From a virus (taxonomy: Duplodnaviria; Caudoviricetes), in IMG/VR virus record IMGVR_UViG_3300025137_005045: a stretch of DNA of 64,000 nt. One strand, 5' to 3'. How positions within the stretch are numbered: the stretch's first letter is position 1; every line of letters starts with the position of its first letter. The translations under genes were made by a program, and so were the position numbers. This document shows positions 10,361-21,159 of this stretch, one piece after another. The notes under the pieces are model-generated. The model saw only the letters and a list, made by a program, of their open reading frames with translations, did not search any database and was not told the origin of the DNA.

Positions 10361-11938
10361 ATGGCTACAGTACAAATTTCACGAATACAACATAGACAAG
10401 GTCTATCAGAAAATTTACCTCAATTATCAGGTGGTGAACTTGGATGGAGTGTAGATACCAGACAACTATATATTGGGAATGGTACACTAGCAAATGGTGC
10501 ACCAGTAGTTGGTAACACAGAGATACTGACTCAATTCTCAGATATTGTTTCACTAGCAGACACATATACATTTAAAGGTAAGTCAGCAGGATACACAGTT
10601 AAAACAGGAGAATTAACAAGCACTCCTGTAACAAGAACACTACAAGGTAAGTTAGATGATTTTGTATCAGTTAAAGACTTTGGTGCTGTGGGTGACGGAG
10701 TCACAAATGATACAGCCGCGATCAATAGAGCATTATTTGAACTATTTTGTCGTGAAGTGAATGCAGAAGTACGTAGAAGTTTATATTTTCCAGCAGGTAA
10801 TTATTTAATTAACGATACCTTATTAATTCCGCCCTATGCTAAAATGTGGGGAGAAGGTATGAATTCAAGTATTATTAAATTAGACGTTGACCCATCGTCA
10901 ACTATTCCATCTTACCTTGCTAGAACAACAGACAGTTTACAACAAACAGGAAGTAACATTGGTACCAACTCAGCAACGACTCCTAGAAATGTTGAAATTT
11001 CAGCAATGACATTTGAAGCATTAGAAATTACAGATATATTTTTAGTAGAATCAATTGATCAAATGTATTTTGACTCAGTTGGCTTTTTAGGACCATTAAC
11101 AAGTTCAGATTTAAATGTGGCAACTGATGATGCTAGCTGTGTTAGAGCTAATGGAACTAGTGTAAACATTCCTCGTGCTGTAACATTTGATAAATGTGCA
11201 TTTACTAATATGACATACGCATTTAAAATCAATGAACGTTGTCAGGGTTGGACTGTAAGTAATTCAAAATTTGAAACACTGTACAATGGAATTAATTTAG
11301 GTGAGGCACTAGTAGATGGTGGACCTATAGGATTTAGAGCTGTTCACAACTTCTTTAATCAGATTTATAGTTCTGCTATTATATATGATTTAGTTAGCAA
11401 ATGTATTACTGCTCAGAATATCTTCTTAGAAGATTGTGGTAAACAATTTGGTGCAAGCCCGCAGGTTCCAGTAATTGATTTTAACACTGATAATAATGTA
11501 TCTGTTGGTGATATGTTTGAACGTGTTGATGCAGATAGTTTAACACATGCAAGAATTGATGTAGGAACAACTACTTCAATAGCATTTGATAATACCAAAC
11601 AACTTCAGCTAGGTAGTTTTGTTCGTGAAAGCGGAGAAACTGCTACTCTGGCTAATAACAAATCTGCCGCGACTACTGTATTCACAGTGGACCTAGGTGA
11701 CATAACAGCATGGAGCATGGATTATACTATTAAGAGAGGCTCAACTATAAGACATGGAAAAATAAGAGTACGAAATACTGGCACTCCAGTAGTTGATGAT
11801 GAGTTTGTTGAAGATGCTACTACCGGTGTTACCTTGTCAGTGGCAAATACCACAGGCACAACATATGCCTTACAGTTTAAAACAACCAACACAGGTGCAG
11901 ATGCTACTATAACTTACAGCTTAACTCAGTTAGGCTAG
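10361..11938 (+). CDS. Tail/baseplate fibre-like protein with pectate-lyase-type beta-helix
   Basis: N-terminal GELGWSVDTRQLYIGNG repeat; VSVKDFGAVGDGVTNDTAAINRA and LYFPAGNY motifs. Confidence 0.75.
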   Translation: MATVQISRIQHRQGLSENLPQLSGGELGWSVDTRQLYIGNGTLANGAPVVGNTEILTQFSDIVSLADTYTFKGKSAGYTVKTGELTSTPVTRTLQGKLDDFVSVKDFGAVGDGVTNDTAAINRALFELFCREVNAEVRRSLYFPAGNYLINDTLLIPPYAKMWGEGMNSSIIKLDVDPSSTIPSYLARTTDSLQQTGSNIGTNSATTPRNVEISAMTFEALEITDIFLVESIDQMYFDSVGFLGPLTSSDLNVATDDASCVRANGTSVNIPRAVTFDKCAFTNMTYAFKINERCQGWTVSNSKFETLYNGINLGEALVDGGPIGFRAVHNFFNQIYSSAIIYDLVSKCITAQNIFLEDCGKQFGASPQVPVIDFNTDNNVSVGDMFERVDADSLTHARIDVGTTTSIAFDNTKQLQLGSFVRESGETATLANNKSAATTVFTVDLGDITAWSMDYTIKRGSTIRHGKIRVRNTGTPVVDDEFVEDATTGVTLSVANTTGTTYALQFKTTNTGADATITYSLTQLG

Positions 11939-11939
11939 T

Positions 11940-12377
11940 ATGTGGCCAGTAGGATATGAAGAATGTCTTCAGTCCTGGGTTCAACTCAGAGAAGACTGCA
12001 ATAATAAACCCTTTCAAGAACAACTTAATCAAATAGCAGAATGGTGGGGCCACGCTCCTCGTGTTAAACATGTTATTCATTGGAACGATAAAGAAAACTG
12101 GCCAACTCCCTGGGAACTTTTGGTAGATAATTCGTATGATGATCTTGCTATAGCCTTAGGAATGTCATATACTATACTAATGTTAGATAATGTAAACGCC
12201 ACAGTTGAAATAGCCCAAGCAAAGGACGGTACAGCAAGTGACTTTTATATAGCCCTGGTCGACGATCGAAAATATATACTTAATTATGACCCGTGGTTAG
12301 CAGTAAATAGCGAACAAACAGATTTTACAATATTAAATACCGTTGACAGTGGTCAACTTTTAAAAAAAATAGGATAA
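11940..12377 (+). CDS. Hypothetical phage protein
   Basis: 145 aa ORF between fibre gene and nrdA. Confidence 0.6.
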   Translation: MWPVGYEECLQSWVQLREDCNNKPFQEQLNQIAEWWGHAPRVKHVIHWNDKENWPTPWELLVDNSYDDLAIALGMSYTILMLDNVNATVEIAQAKDGTASDFYIALVDDRKYILNYDPWLAVNSEQTDFTILNTVDSGQLLKKIG

Positions 12378-12379
12378 AG

Positions 12380-14662
12380 ATGGCAGAGATTATAGTTACT
12401 AAAAGGAATGGCGAAAAAGAACCTTTAGATATTGAAAAACTACATAAGGTAGTAATGTGGGCATGTGAAGGTATAACAGGTGTATCAGCTAGTGAGGTTG
12501 AAATCAAAAGTCATTTGCAGTTTTATAACGGTATTAAAACAAGTGACATACAGGAAACAGTTATTAAAAGTGCGGCAGACCTAATAACAGAGGACACACC
12601 TAACTATCAACATGTGGCTGGTAGACTGATCAGCTATCATATCCGCAAAGATGTTTACGCTCAATTTGAACCGTGGCATATTACAAAGTTAATTAAACAC
12701 AATATAGAACTTGGATTATACGACCCTCATTTATTAGAAGATTACACTGAAGATGAGTGGGAGCAAATTAATTCATACACCAAACATAATCGAGATGAAA
12801 TGTTATCCTACGTTGCTATGGAACAGTTTCGTGGCAAGTATCTAGTACAAAATAGAGTTACAGGTGAAATATACGAAAGTCCACAAATGACATATATGTT
12901 GATTGCGGCAACATTATTTTCAAGTTACGGAAAAAGCACACGACTACAATATGTTAAAGATTACTATGATGCAATATCAACACATCAAATAAGTTTACCT
13001 ACTCCTGTTATGGCCGGAGTAAGAACTAGCCAAAGACAATTTAGTTCATGCGTACTAATTGAAACAGATGATAGTTTAGATTCAATAAATGCTACATCAT
13101 CAAGTATTGTCAGATACGTATCGCAGAAAGCAGGTATAGGTATTAATGCTGGACGTATTCGTGCTATTAAGAGTCCAATTAGAAAAGGTGATGCTTATCA
13201 TACAGGCGTTATTCCTTTTTATAAACTATTTCAAGCGGCCACACGATCATGTTCACAAGGTGGTGTTAGAAACGGTGCGGCAACATTATACTATCCGATT
13301 TGGCATTTAGAAGTAGAAGACCTATTGGTACTTAAAAATAATAAAGGTACAGACGATAATCGTGTTAGACATATGGACTATGGTGTCCAGTTTAATAAAC
13401 TAATGTATGAGAGACTGTTGTCAGGAGGAGATATAACTTTATTCTCGCCACATGATGTACCAGGTATGTATGATGCGTTCTTTCAGGATCAGGACAAGTT
13501 TAAAGAACTTTATGAAACAGCAGAACGTAACACTCGTATACGTAAAAAAACAATTAAAGCAATGGATCTATTTGGACAATTTGTACAAGAGCGTAAAGAT
13601 ACAGGTAGAATATATTTACAAAATGTTGATCATGCTAACACACATAGCTCATTTGATCAAACAGTAGCACCAATTAAACAATCAAACCTATGTTGTGAGA
13701 TTGATTTACCGACAAAGGCTTTGAATGATATCAATGATCCAGAAGGTGAAATAGCTCTTTGTACGCTTTCAGCTATTAATTGGGGTGTGTTCAAACAGCC
13801 CGAAGACATGGAAAAGGCGTGCGGGCTTGCTGTGCGAGGATTAGACGCCCTTTTAACCTATCAGAACTATCCAGTATTAGCGGCCAGAACGAGTACAGAA
13901 AATAGAAGACCATTAGGTATTGGTATTATTAACTTTGCTTATTGGCTAGCAAAAAATGACTTAACATACACAGGAGAAGAAGCATTGCCCGAAGTTGATC
14001 GTTGGACTCAGCATTGGTCGTATTATTTGATTAAAGCAAGTGCAGATCTGGCAGAAGAGTATGGTGCATGTCCTAAGTCAAATGAAACAAAGTATCATGA
14101 AGGCATACTACCAATTGATACATATAAAAAAGAAGTCGATGAAATAGTTCCACATAAAGATCATGTTGATTGGGAAGGATTAAGAAAACAACTTAAACAA
14201 ACAGGTATACGTAATTCAACATTGATGGCACTCATGCCTGCTGAAACATCGGCACAAATTAGTAACTCAACAAACGGGATTGAACCTCCTAGAAGTTACA
14301 TTAGTATTAAGCAAAGTAAACACGGTGCATTAACACAGGTAGTGCCTGAATTTAGACGTCTTAAAAATAAGTACGAACTGCTATGGGATCAAAAAAGTCC
14401 AGAGGGTTATCTAAAAATTATGGCCATTCTCCAGAAGTATATTGATCAAGGAATTTCGGTAAATACTTCTTACAATCCACAGCATTATGAAGATGACAAA
14501 GTACCAATGAGTGACTTGCTCAAACATATTATTATGTTTTATAAGTATGGCGGAAAGCAGTTATACTACAATAACACATACGATGGTCAAGGTGAAATTG
14601 ATGTTGATCGAGACATAAAAGATAGCGTTGAAGATGACGACTGCGATAGCTGTAAAATTTAA
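12380..14662 (+). CDS. nrdA: Ribonucleotide reductase class Ia alpha subunit
   Basis: ATP cone VTKRNG, FSSCVLI, SNLCCEI, LMPAETS, C-terminal CDSCKI. Confidence 0.98.
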   Translation: MAEIIVTKRNGEKEPLDIEKLHKVVMWACEGITGVSASEVEIKSHLQFYNGIKTSDIQETVIKSAADLITEDTPNYQHVAGRLISYHIRKDVYAQFEPWHITKLIKHNIELGLYDPHLLEDYTEDEWEQINSYTKHNRDEMLSYVAMEQFRGKYLVQNRVTGEIYESPQMTYMLIAATLFSSYGKSTRLQYVKDYYDAISTHQISLPTPVMAGVRTSQRQFSSCVLIETDDSLDSINATSSSIVRYVSQKAGIGINAGRIRAIKSPIRKGDAYHTGVIPFYKLFQAATRSCSQGGVRNGAATLYYPIWHLEVEDLLVLKNNKGTDDNRVRHMDYGVQFNKLMYERLLSGGDITLFSPHDVPGMYDAFFQDQDKFKELYETAERNTRIRKKTIKAMDLFGQFVQERKDTGRIYLQNVDHANTHSSFDQTVAPIKQSNLCCEIDLPTKALNDINDPEGEIALCTLSAINWGVFKQPEDMEKACGLAVRGLDALLTYQNYPVLAARTSTENRRPLGIGIINFAYWLAKNDLTYTGEEALPEVDRWTQHWSYYLIKASADLAEEYGACPKSNETKYHEGILPIDTYKKEVDEIVPHKDHVDWEGLRKQLKQTGIRNSTLMALMPAETSAQISNSTNGIEPPRSYISIKQSKHGALTQVVPEFRRLKNKYELLWDQKSPEGYLKIMAILQKYIDQGISVNTSYNPQHYEDDKVPMSDLLKHIIMFYKYGGKQLYYNNTYDGQGEIDVDRDIKDSVEDDDCDSCKI

Positions 14663-14684
14663 TTAACTAAAAAGAAAATATCAT

Positions 14685-15809
14685 ATGAGCGTATTAAACA
14701 AACATAAAAAAGACCACACAAAATCTTTAGCCTTCTTAGACCCACATGGTGGGAATGGTATACAACGATACGACGTTGTTAAATATAGACAATTTGAAAA
14801 ACTAACAGACACTCAATTAGGTTTCTTTTGGCGACCTGAAGAAGTTGATGTTATGCGTGACTCAAAAGACTTTAAAGATCTAACGCCATATGAACAACAT
14901 ATTTTTACAAGTAACTTAAAAAGACAAATTGTACTCGATTCGGTACAAGGACGTTCACCTAATTTAGCTTTGTTACCTTTAGTGACCATACCTGAGATTG
15001 AAACCTGGATCGAAACATGGGCGTTCAACGAAACTATTCATTCACGTTCATATACGCATATCATTAGAAACGTATTTCCAGATCCATCAAAAGTATTTGA
15101 CGAATTAATGAATATTGAAGAAATTGCAAACTGCGGTACTGACATTGCAAAATATTATGATGATCTTATTCAATATCAAACAATGTATTTCTATCTAGGT
15201 GAGGGCGAGCACGTAGTTAATGGTGAAAAAGTCGTAGTTGATAGTTATGAATTAAAAAAGCGTTTATGGTTATGTATCAATTCAGTAAACGTGTTAGAAG
15301 GTATTCGTTTTTATGTTTCGTTTGCTTGTTCATGGGCATTTGCTGAACTTAAGAAAATGGAAGGTAATGCTAAAATTATTAAACTAATTGCACGTGATGA
15401 AAATGTTCACTTGGCATCAAGTCAACACTTACTAAAAATGTTACCAAAAGATGACAAAGATTATATTAAGATTAAAAAAGAATGTGAGCCTGAAGTGATT
15501 GGTATGTTTAAATCAGCAGTGGATCAAGAAGAGGCATGGGCAAAGTATTTGTTCCAAAACGGGTCAATGATTGGACTTAATGAAACTTTATTGTGTAACT
15601 ATATTGAGTGGATTGCCAACAAGCGTATGTCAACACTAGGTTTAGAGTCACCTTACAAAGGAGGATCAAATCCTCTACCTTGGACACAGAAATGGATAGC
15701 AGGAGGTGATGTGCAAGTGGCACCACAGGAAACAGAAATATCAAGTTATACAATTGGTGCAGTCAAGCAAGATGTAACAGAGGACACATTTAAAGGAATT
15801 AGTTTATAA
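14685..15809 (+). CDS. nrdB: Ribonucleotide reductase class Ia beta subunit
   Basis: FFWRPEE, ETIHSRSY, VLEGIRFYVSFA, RDENVH, VAPQETE. Confidence 0.98.
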   Translation: MSVLNKHKKDHTKSLAFLDPHGGNGIQRYDVVKYRQFEKLTDTQLGFFWRPEEVDVMRDSKDFKDLTPYEQHIFTSNLKRQIVLDSVQGRSPNLALLPLVTIPEIETWIETWAFNETIHSRSYTHIIRNVFPDPSKVFDELMNIEEIANCGTDIAKYYDDLIQYQTMYFYLGEGEHVVNGEKVVVDSYELKKRLWLCINSVNVLEGIRFYVSFACSWAFAELKKMEGNAKIIKLIARDENVHLASSQHLLKMLPKDDKDYIKIKKECEPEVIGMFKSAVDQEEAWAKYLFQNGSMIGLNETLLCNYIEWIANKRMSTLGLESPYKGGSNPLPWTQKWIAGGDVQVAPQETEISSYTIGAVKQDVTEDTFKGISL

Positions 15810-16054
15810 TGTTAACAGTGTATTCAAAAAAAAATTGCCCTTTTTGCGATCAAGCAAAGGCACTTTTAGAACGCAAAGGTATAGAACATCGCGTAGTTAA
15901 AATTGATGAAAATCCAGAAGCACGTGATTTTTTATTAGGACAAGGATTTAAATCAGTACCTCAAATCTTTTCAGAGACAGAATTATTTGTTGAAGGTGGT
16001 TATCAAGGGTTAAGTAAGTTAACAGATGAAGAGTTAACTACTAAACTAGGATAA
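15809..16054 (+). CDS. Glutaredoxin
   Basis: CPFC active site, SVPQIF, GGY. Confidence 0.93.
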   Translation: MLTVYSKKNCPFCDQAKALLERKGIEHRVVKIDENPEARDFLLGQGFKSVPQIFSETELFVEGGYQGLSKLTDEELTTKLG

Positions 16055-16057
16055 TTA

Positions 16058-16360
16058 ATGGACATAAACACAGATCAAATATATACATTCAAATTAAATT
16101 CAGGCGAAGAAATGGTAACAAAAGTAATGGAAGTTACAGATACACATTACCTCGTTGACCAACCTGTATCAATAGCCCCTGGACAACAGGGCATGCAGAT
16201 GATCCCAAGTGCATTTACCATGGAATTGAAAAAACCTGTGAAACTAAATATTAGTGCAGTAACAATGGTTTTTGAAACAAATGAAGAGGTGATCAACAGC
16301 TACAAAACAGCGACAACAGGCGTTGTTAGACCACCAGAAAAGAAAATTTTAACGGGATAG
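16058..16360 (+). CDS. Hypothetical phage protein (possible Sm-like fold)
   Basis: FKLNSGEE motif, short beta-rich protein. Confidence 0.5.
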   Translation: MDINTDQIYTFKLNSGEEMVTKVMEVTDTHYLVDQPVSIAPGQQGMQMIPSAFTMELKKPVKLNISAVTMVFETNEEVINSYKTATTGVVRPPEKKILTG

Positions 16361-16364
16361 ACAT

Positions 16365-16652
16365 ATGCCAGGAGTAGTACGCAGAGGTGATGTTAATGGA
16401 GCAGGCGGAGTTGCTATCGGAGCAAGCTCTGATGTTATTGTTAATGGCAGAGGTGTTGTATTTCCAGGTAGTCCTGTAACTCCTCATCCATGTTGCGGTG
16501 CTAAAGGTTGCGATATGCACTGTGCGGCCACTGTGGCAGGACCAGGCAGTTTTTCAGTAATAGCCAATGGTAGACCAATAATACGGCAAGGTGATTCAGA
16601 CACTTGCGGTCACTCTAGAGCTAGTTCTAGCTCAGACGTAATCTGTGGGTAA
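16365..16652 (+). CDS. PAAR-repeat spike tip protein
   Basis: VVRRGD, VIVNGR, HPCC...H, VIANGRPIIRQGDSDTCGH. Confidence 0.9.
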   Translation: MPGVVRRGDVNGAGGVAIGASSDVIVNGRGVVFPGSPVTPHPCCGAKGCDMHCAATVAGPGSFSVIANGRPIIRQGDSDTCGHSRASSSSDVICG

Positions 16653-16658
16653 TTAAAA

Positions 16659-17717
16659 ATGGCATGCGGAGGAGCACTTACAGGTATGTTAATGACAGCA
16701 GGCGCAAGTTTGCTGAATGGTACGGGTTCTGGACTAACAAGAAGTTTAGGACTTGATGATGCTGTCACAAAAGCAACTGGAAGTTTTCCTGGCTTTGGCA
16801 CAATAACAGAAGCCATAAGTGCCGCTGGTGGAGAAGGTGGAGCTAATTTAATTAGTATGGGAGGATTAACATTCCCAGGTGTAGGCAATGCAGTGCCCGG
16901 TGGTTTTCAAAGTATCTTAGGTGATAACTTTAGCATGACAGGTCTTATTAACTCAACAGCAGATGCGATAATGGGTGCTGACCTAGGTGTCTTTACTCAA
17001 CATTTTAATGCCGCTGATGGTCTAGTTGCTGGCTCAAATCAATTTATAACTTCATTAGCAAGTTTTGCCGGCGAAACATTTAGTTCATATAGCCAAAACA
17101 GTTTAATGACTGGTGCATTAGCAGACGTTAACAAAGCCCTACCATCATTTGCCACTGACATGCTTAATGTTGGTAATATTGTAGATCTAGGAAATCTAAA
17201 CAACTTAGGAAATCCTTTAAGTTTAGTTAAAAATTTAAGCCAACAGGCGGGCGGACTTGCTGTTCTAAATAAAAGTTTATTAAATGCAGGTATTGATCCT
17301 AGCTCGCTTAACACACTAATTAATTCAACTGATGTTGGAGCATTAACTGGTTCCAGCTTAGGTGACGCATTAGGAACAGGTGGACTAGTAGAGTTTGCAG
17401 GTACCAGAAATGCACAAGATTTATTAAGTGGCGGAAGTACTAATTATGCGACATTAGGTCGCCCCCCAGCTAACACAGGATTAATGAGTGCTGTATACAA
17501 TGCAATGTCCAATGTTAAAGGAGATGACCTAGCACAGGTACAAGCAATATTAGGTAGTAATGTATCAGGACTAACTACCATGCAAGATATGTTAGATCCT
17601 ACCAAGATAATGCCAAACAGTTTCCCTAGTTTAACTTCAATTCCAAGTGCTGGATTTGAAGCAGGACAAAATCAACAAGCATTGGCCGCAAGTTCATTAA
17701 GCAGGGTTTACATATAA
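16659..17717 (+). CDS. Gly/Ala-rich putative tail/baseplate protein
   Basis: Composition and position after PAAR. Confidence 0.5.
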   Translation: MACGGALTGMLMTAGASLLNGTGSGLTRSLGLDDAVTKATGSFPGFGTITEAISAAGGEGGANLISMGGLTFPGVGNAVPGGFQSILGDNFSMTGLINSTADAIMGADLGVFTQHFNAADGLVAGSNQFITSLASFAGETFSSYSQNSLMTGALADVNKALPSFATDMLNVGNIVDLGNLNNLGNPLSLVKNLSQQAGGLAVLNKSLLNAGIDPSSLNTLINSTDVGALTGSSLGDALGTGGLVEFAGTRNAQDLLSGGSTNYATLGRPPANTGLMSAVYNAMSNVKGDDLAQVQAILGSNVSGLTTMQDMLDPTKIMPNSFPSLTSIPSAGFEAGQNQQALAASSLSRVYI

Positions 17718-18766
17718 TGACAACACTGAACGAAAAATTTAACGGACTGGGTAATAAATTATATACAGCGTTACCAGAAGATATTGCAGACGCCAACAAA
17801 GCATTAGCAAGATCATTGGGACAAATTAAAAATGTTTTTGATCTAACAACTGCTCAGATAGGAACGGTAGCCGGAAGTCTTGAAACAACCAAAGATTTAA
17901 GTTTAATTAAAGATGGAGGCGGGTTAGATCAGGATGTGATTGATTTTTATAATAGTACCATCGCAACAGGAAGTGGTCAAAATGGTGAACTATTATTAAC
18001 TGATGTTATTGGTACAGCCGCTGGTTGGGTGCATACAGATGAGCTTAATGCAGAAGCTGACAGATTAGCAACTCTTAATGCGTTAGGAGAACTTGATAAT
18101 TTGCAAGCACATCCAACACCAAAAGAATTTGATAGTGCTGGTAACGGATTATACACAGTATTAAATTATCATTGGGTACATAATGCTTATTATACACCAT
18201 TTTTGTCTAATCCTCTTGATCCGGAATCATTAGTTCCGCAATGGACAATTCCGTCGAAAATAACTTTGACTGCTAGTAAAGCTGGAACGTATTCAAGTAA
18301 ACTTGCATTAAGCAATGCCGTTGTTGAATTAGCCAATACTGAAATAGAAAGAATAGCAAACGCATATCCATTACAAGCAGGACAAAGTGTTACTGCATTT
18401 ACAAATATGGGTAATCAAATGGTACGAGAAAAAACAAATCAAGCGGCCGCAGGAATATCTCCAACTGAAACACAAACAGGAACAAAAACATCAGTACAAG
18501 GATTAATCAGTAACTTACACAGCATAGGGCAGGATACCAGTTTAGGTGGCAGTGCCTATGTGTTAGAAAAACTTGCTGATACACGTATTAAAGGTGGACA
18601 AGCTGTGATAGCAAGTATGAGAGAAGGCAGAAATATTCAAAAACTAGCAGAAGTTGGAATATCTACATCATTATTTGCAAACTCGACTCCTAGAACAACC
18701 GAACAGGCTACCTTGCTAACATCAACGTTCACTGTTGACGAAGCAAAAAATGATGCACCTCAATAA
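17717..18766 (+). CDS. Putative tail/baseplate protein
   Basis: 349 aa, coupled (TAATG) to previous gene. Confidence 0.5.
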   Translation: MTTLNEKFNGLGNKLYTALPEDIADANKALARSLGQIKNVFDLTTAQIGTVAGSLETTKDLSLIKDGGGLDQDVIDFYNSTIATGSGQNGELLLTDVIGTAAGWVHTDELNAEADRLATLNALGELDNLQAHPTPKEFDSAGNGLYTVLNYHWVHNAYYTPFLSNPLDPESLVPQWTIPSKITLTASKAGTYSSKLALSNAVVELANTEIERIANAYPLQAGQSVTAFTNMGNQMVREKTNQAAAGISPTETQTGTKTSVQGLISNLHSIGQDTSLGGSAYVLEKLADTRIKGGQAVIASMREGRNIQKLAEVGISTSLFANSTPRTTEQATLLTSTFTVDEAKNDAPQ

Positions 18767-18770
18767 ATCA

Positions 18771-18798
18771 TTGACAATGATTATACAGACTGTATAAT
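18771..18798 (+). promoter_or_regulatory. sigma70-type early promoter (leaderless transcript predicted)
   Basis: TTGACA-16 nt-TATAAT; ATG at 18805 coincides with predicted +1. Confidence 0.7.
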
Positions 18799-18804
18799 TA
18801 TTTT

Positions 18805-19236
18805 ATGAAATACTTTTCTTACGCTCTAACTGCAAACGAATCGACCATGATAGATATCTGTCCAAAAGCAGTCCGTTTTGGCCCTAGCACATTATACAGT
18901 CACGAATTACGTTTTGCAAAAACAGCAGATATCATACAAAATATTAATTCAACTGTTGAAGGTGTGTTATGGGAAGTACCTGAAGAATATATAGACATGA
19001 TTACTATTATAGAAAATCACGAAGATAAAAAACAAGTGTTAGTGTCCGATGGGAAAGACACAATTAGAGCATGGACATCAAAGAGGAAACTGTATGTTCC
19101 ACCAGGTCCGCCCACATGGAGTTATTGGGAACGGATTGAAAATTCTTATGATCAACAAGGATTGCCAACTTTACAAATAATACATGCAATAGATCAACTG
19201 GACAACTATTATAATACAGGTTTTAAATTTGAATAA
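18805..19236 (+). CDS. Gamma-glutamylcyclotransferase-like (AIG2/GGCT) protein, divergent
   Basis: KYFSY...M...CPKA...ELRF...VEGVLWEV pattern. Confidence 0.65.
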   Translation: MKYFSYALTANESTMIDICPKAVRFGPSTLYSHELRFAKTADIIQNINSTVEGVLWEVPEEYIDMITIIENHEDKKQVLVSDGKDTIRAWTSKRKLYVPPGPPTWSYWERIENSYDQQGLPTLQIIHAIDQLDNYYNTGFKFE

Positions 19237-19864
19237 AGAACTCAGTGATAATTTACTAGGACTAGGTAATAATTATACCGGAGGTATGATATCACCAGAC
19301 TGTAAGTCGTTTTACGTAAACATACCTAAGAATGCCTCGTCATTTATTAATCCATGGCTGTGGGAGAATGATTGGGAATTTTCAAAAGGCAATGATCAAA
19401 TTAGCGAAGTGTTAATAGTACTTCGTGATCCTGTAGAACGTTTTATATCTGGCTTCACCCAATATATACAAGGTAATATTTTATTTACAACATTTGATTA
19501 TGGAGCACCTACCCTGACTATAGAAAAGCTAAATGAATATTGGCCTATGGTTGAACGATTTATGGGAGATCAAGTTGTATGGTTTGATGATCATACCTGG
19601 TTTCAAAATTATTATGTTAAAGACGTATTTCCTAACATACCGAGACGTTATTTTTGGATCGACGATCAGTTGAATAATAATCTTAAGCAGGCATATAATT
19701 TAAATGATCCTGCTAATGCAGATATAAATGCTAGTCGAGGAATAGGATTAGAAATAAAACAATTAATTAGAAATAGCTTACGTAATCCAGTAATATTAGC
19801 ACAGGTTAAACGAATATTACAACCAGATTATGATCTTATAAGTCAAGCTGGGTTGACCAAATAA
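19229..19864 (+). CDS. Sulfotransferase family protein
   Basis: YVNIPKNASSF (5'-PSB) and LRDPVERFISG (3'-PB) motifs. Confidence 0.75.
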   Translation: MNKELSDNLLGLGNNYTGGMISPDCKSFYVNIPKNASSFINPWLWENDWEFSKGNDQISEVLIVLRDPVERFISGFTQYIQGNILFTTFDYGAPTLTIEKLNEYWPMVERFMGDQVVWFDDHTWFQNYYVKDVFPNIPRRYFWIDDQLNNNLKQAYNLNDPANADINASRGIGLEIKQLIRNSLRNPVILAQVKRILQPDYDLISQAGLTK

Positions 19865-19881
19865 TTAAAATACGTTATAAT
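19853..19881 (+). promoter_or_regulatory. sigma70-type promoter
   Basis: TTGACC-17 nt-TATAAT. Confidence 0.65.
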
Positions 19882-19930
19882 AGTAACACTTTGAAGCAGT
19901 AAATAGTTGAACGAACAGGAGAATAGTTGT

Positions 19931-20542
19931 ATGCAGTTAACAACGAAGGTACTATACGCAACACTAGTTATGTTATTGATATTTGGCATTAATTATCAAG
20001 TATCACAAGACGCTGAATCAGGAAACATCATTGCAGAACTTAAACAACAGCAACAAAAGATAGAACATCAAGAGCAAAAACGAATAATAGCTCAATTAGA
20101 ACGTGAGGATCGTTGGATGAAAGAGATAGGATGTCTAGCTCGCAATGTATATTATGAAGCACGTGGTGAAAGCCTACAAGGGCAAAAAGCAGTGGCACTA
20201 GTTACTTTAAACAGAGTTGAAAATCCAATGTTCCCTAACACAATCTGCAAAGTTGTTAACGAACGTAAAGTAGTTAAAGGTGTAACCAAATGCCAATTCT
20301 CCTGGCGATGTCAAGGTCACGCAAATCCTAAAAAAGCAGTAAGACAAAGTCATGAAAGCTATCAAGCGGCCATAACTGCTATACTACATTATGATAGCTT
20401 GACAGAAACATTAGTTACAGCAGATACACTATTTTTCCATGCCAAACATGTTAGACCGTTTTGGAGGAAAGTTAAACAACGACTGGCACAGATTGACAAT
20501 CATATATTCTACGAACAACGTCCAGGAGACCGACGTAGATAA
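19931..20542 (+). CDS. Cell wall hydrolase, SleB/Hydrolase_2 family, with N-terminal TM anchor
   Basis: CLARNVYYEARGE, VTLNRV, CQFSW, IDNHIFY; AGGAG SD before ATG 19931. Confidence 0.9.
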   Translation: MQLTTKVLYATLVMLLIFGINYQVSQDAESGNIIAELKQQQQKIEHQEQKRIIAQLEREDRWMKEIGCLARNVYYEARGESLQGQKAVALVTLNRVENPMFPNTICKVVNERKVVKGVTKCQFSWRCQGHANPKKAVRQSHESYQAAITAILHYDSLTETLVTADTLFFHAKHVRPFWRKVKQRLAQIDNHIFYEQRPGDRRR

Positions 20543-20574
20543 TAGTTGTTAAAAAACAACAAAAAATTAACAAC

Positions 20575-20603
20575 AAATACCTCTAAAATAGGGGTATTTT
20601 TTT
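20575..20603 (+). terminator. Rho-independent terminator
   Basis: AAATACCTCT-aaaat-AGGGGTATTT followed by T-run. Confidence 0.8.
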
Positions 20604-20614
20604 GGTTAAAATGG

Positions 20615-20643
20615 TTGACCATTAATTCAGAATTCGCTATAAT
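20615..20643 (+). promoter_or_regulatory. sigma70-type early promoter
   Basis: TTGACC-17 nt-TATAAT. Confidence 0.75.
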
Positions 20644-20691
20644 TGTATTAAGAAATAAGAAAAACAAGTTAATTATTTAGGGGTAGATAAG

Positions 20692-21159
20692 ATGACATAC
20701 ACAACAGAGAATCCAACACTAGAGTTACTTCAAGAAAAATACAACTCTACTGCACTAAAATTAAACTACAAAGGCGATCCAATTAGAGGCGGATCAGTAA
20801 CTGAAGGTGAATGGCATCGTGATGGCGTTGCTGTATTAGGTGGTACTACAGACTACGGTCCAGCTGGTTCTACTAAACACGAATGGAAACTTGGTAGTAA
20901 AGGTGAAGTTCGTTGGGTAGCATCAAATAACATTCCTCCAACAGACATCTTAGAAATGGCTGTGGTTGATGGCACAATTACTTGGGAAATGTTTGAACGT
21001 ACACAAGAACAAAAAGATATTGAAACTCAAGAGTTTCTTGGTCGTTACAGGGCTCAGCGTGAGAAGTATGGTTACTCAGAAGAAGAGCAAATGGAGATGC
21101 GTGCTGAGTTTGGTGACGAAGAAGTTGTTGACGTGTTTACTGGTAAGGTGATATCATAA
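20692..21159 (+). CDS. Hypothetical early protein
   Basis: 155 aa ORF after early promoter. Confidence 0.7.
   Translation: MTYTTENPTLELLQEKYNSTALKLNYKGDPIRGGSVTEGEWHRDGVAVLGGTTDYGPAGSTKHEWKLGSKGEVRWVASNNIPPTDILEMAVVDGTITWEMFERTQEQKDIETQEFLGRYRAQREKYGYSEEEQMEMRAEFGDEEVVDVFTGKVIS

Noticed and set aside
12380-15809. Intein, intron or homing endonuclease in nrdA/nrdB
   Set aside because: Both ORFs are uninterrupted and of normal class Ia length (760 and 374 aa)
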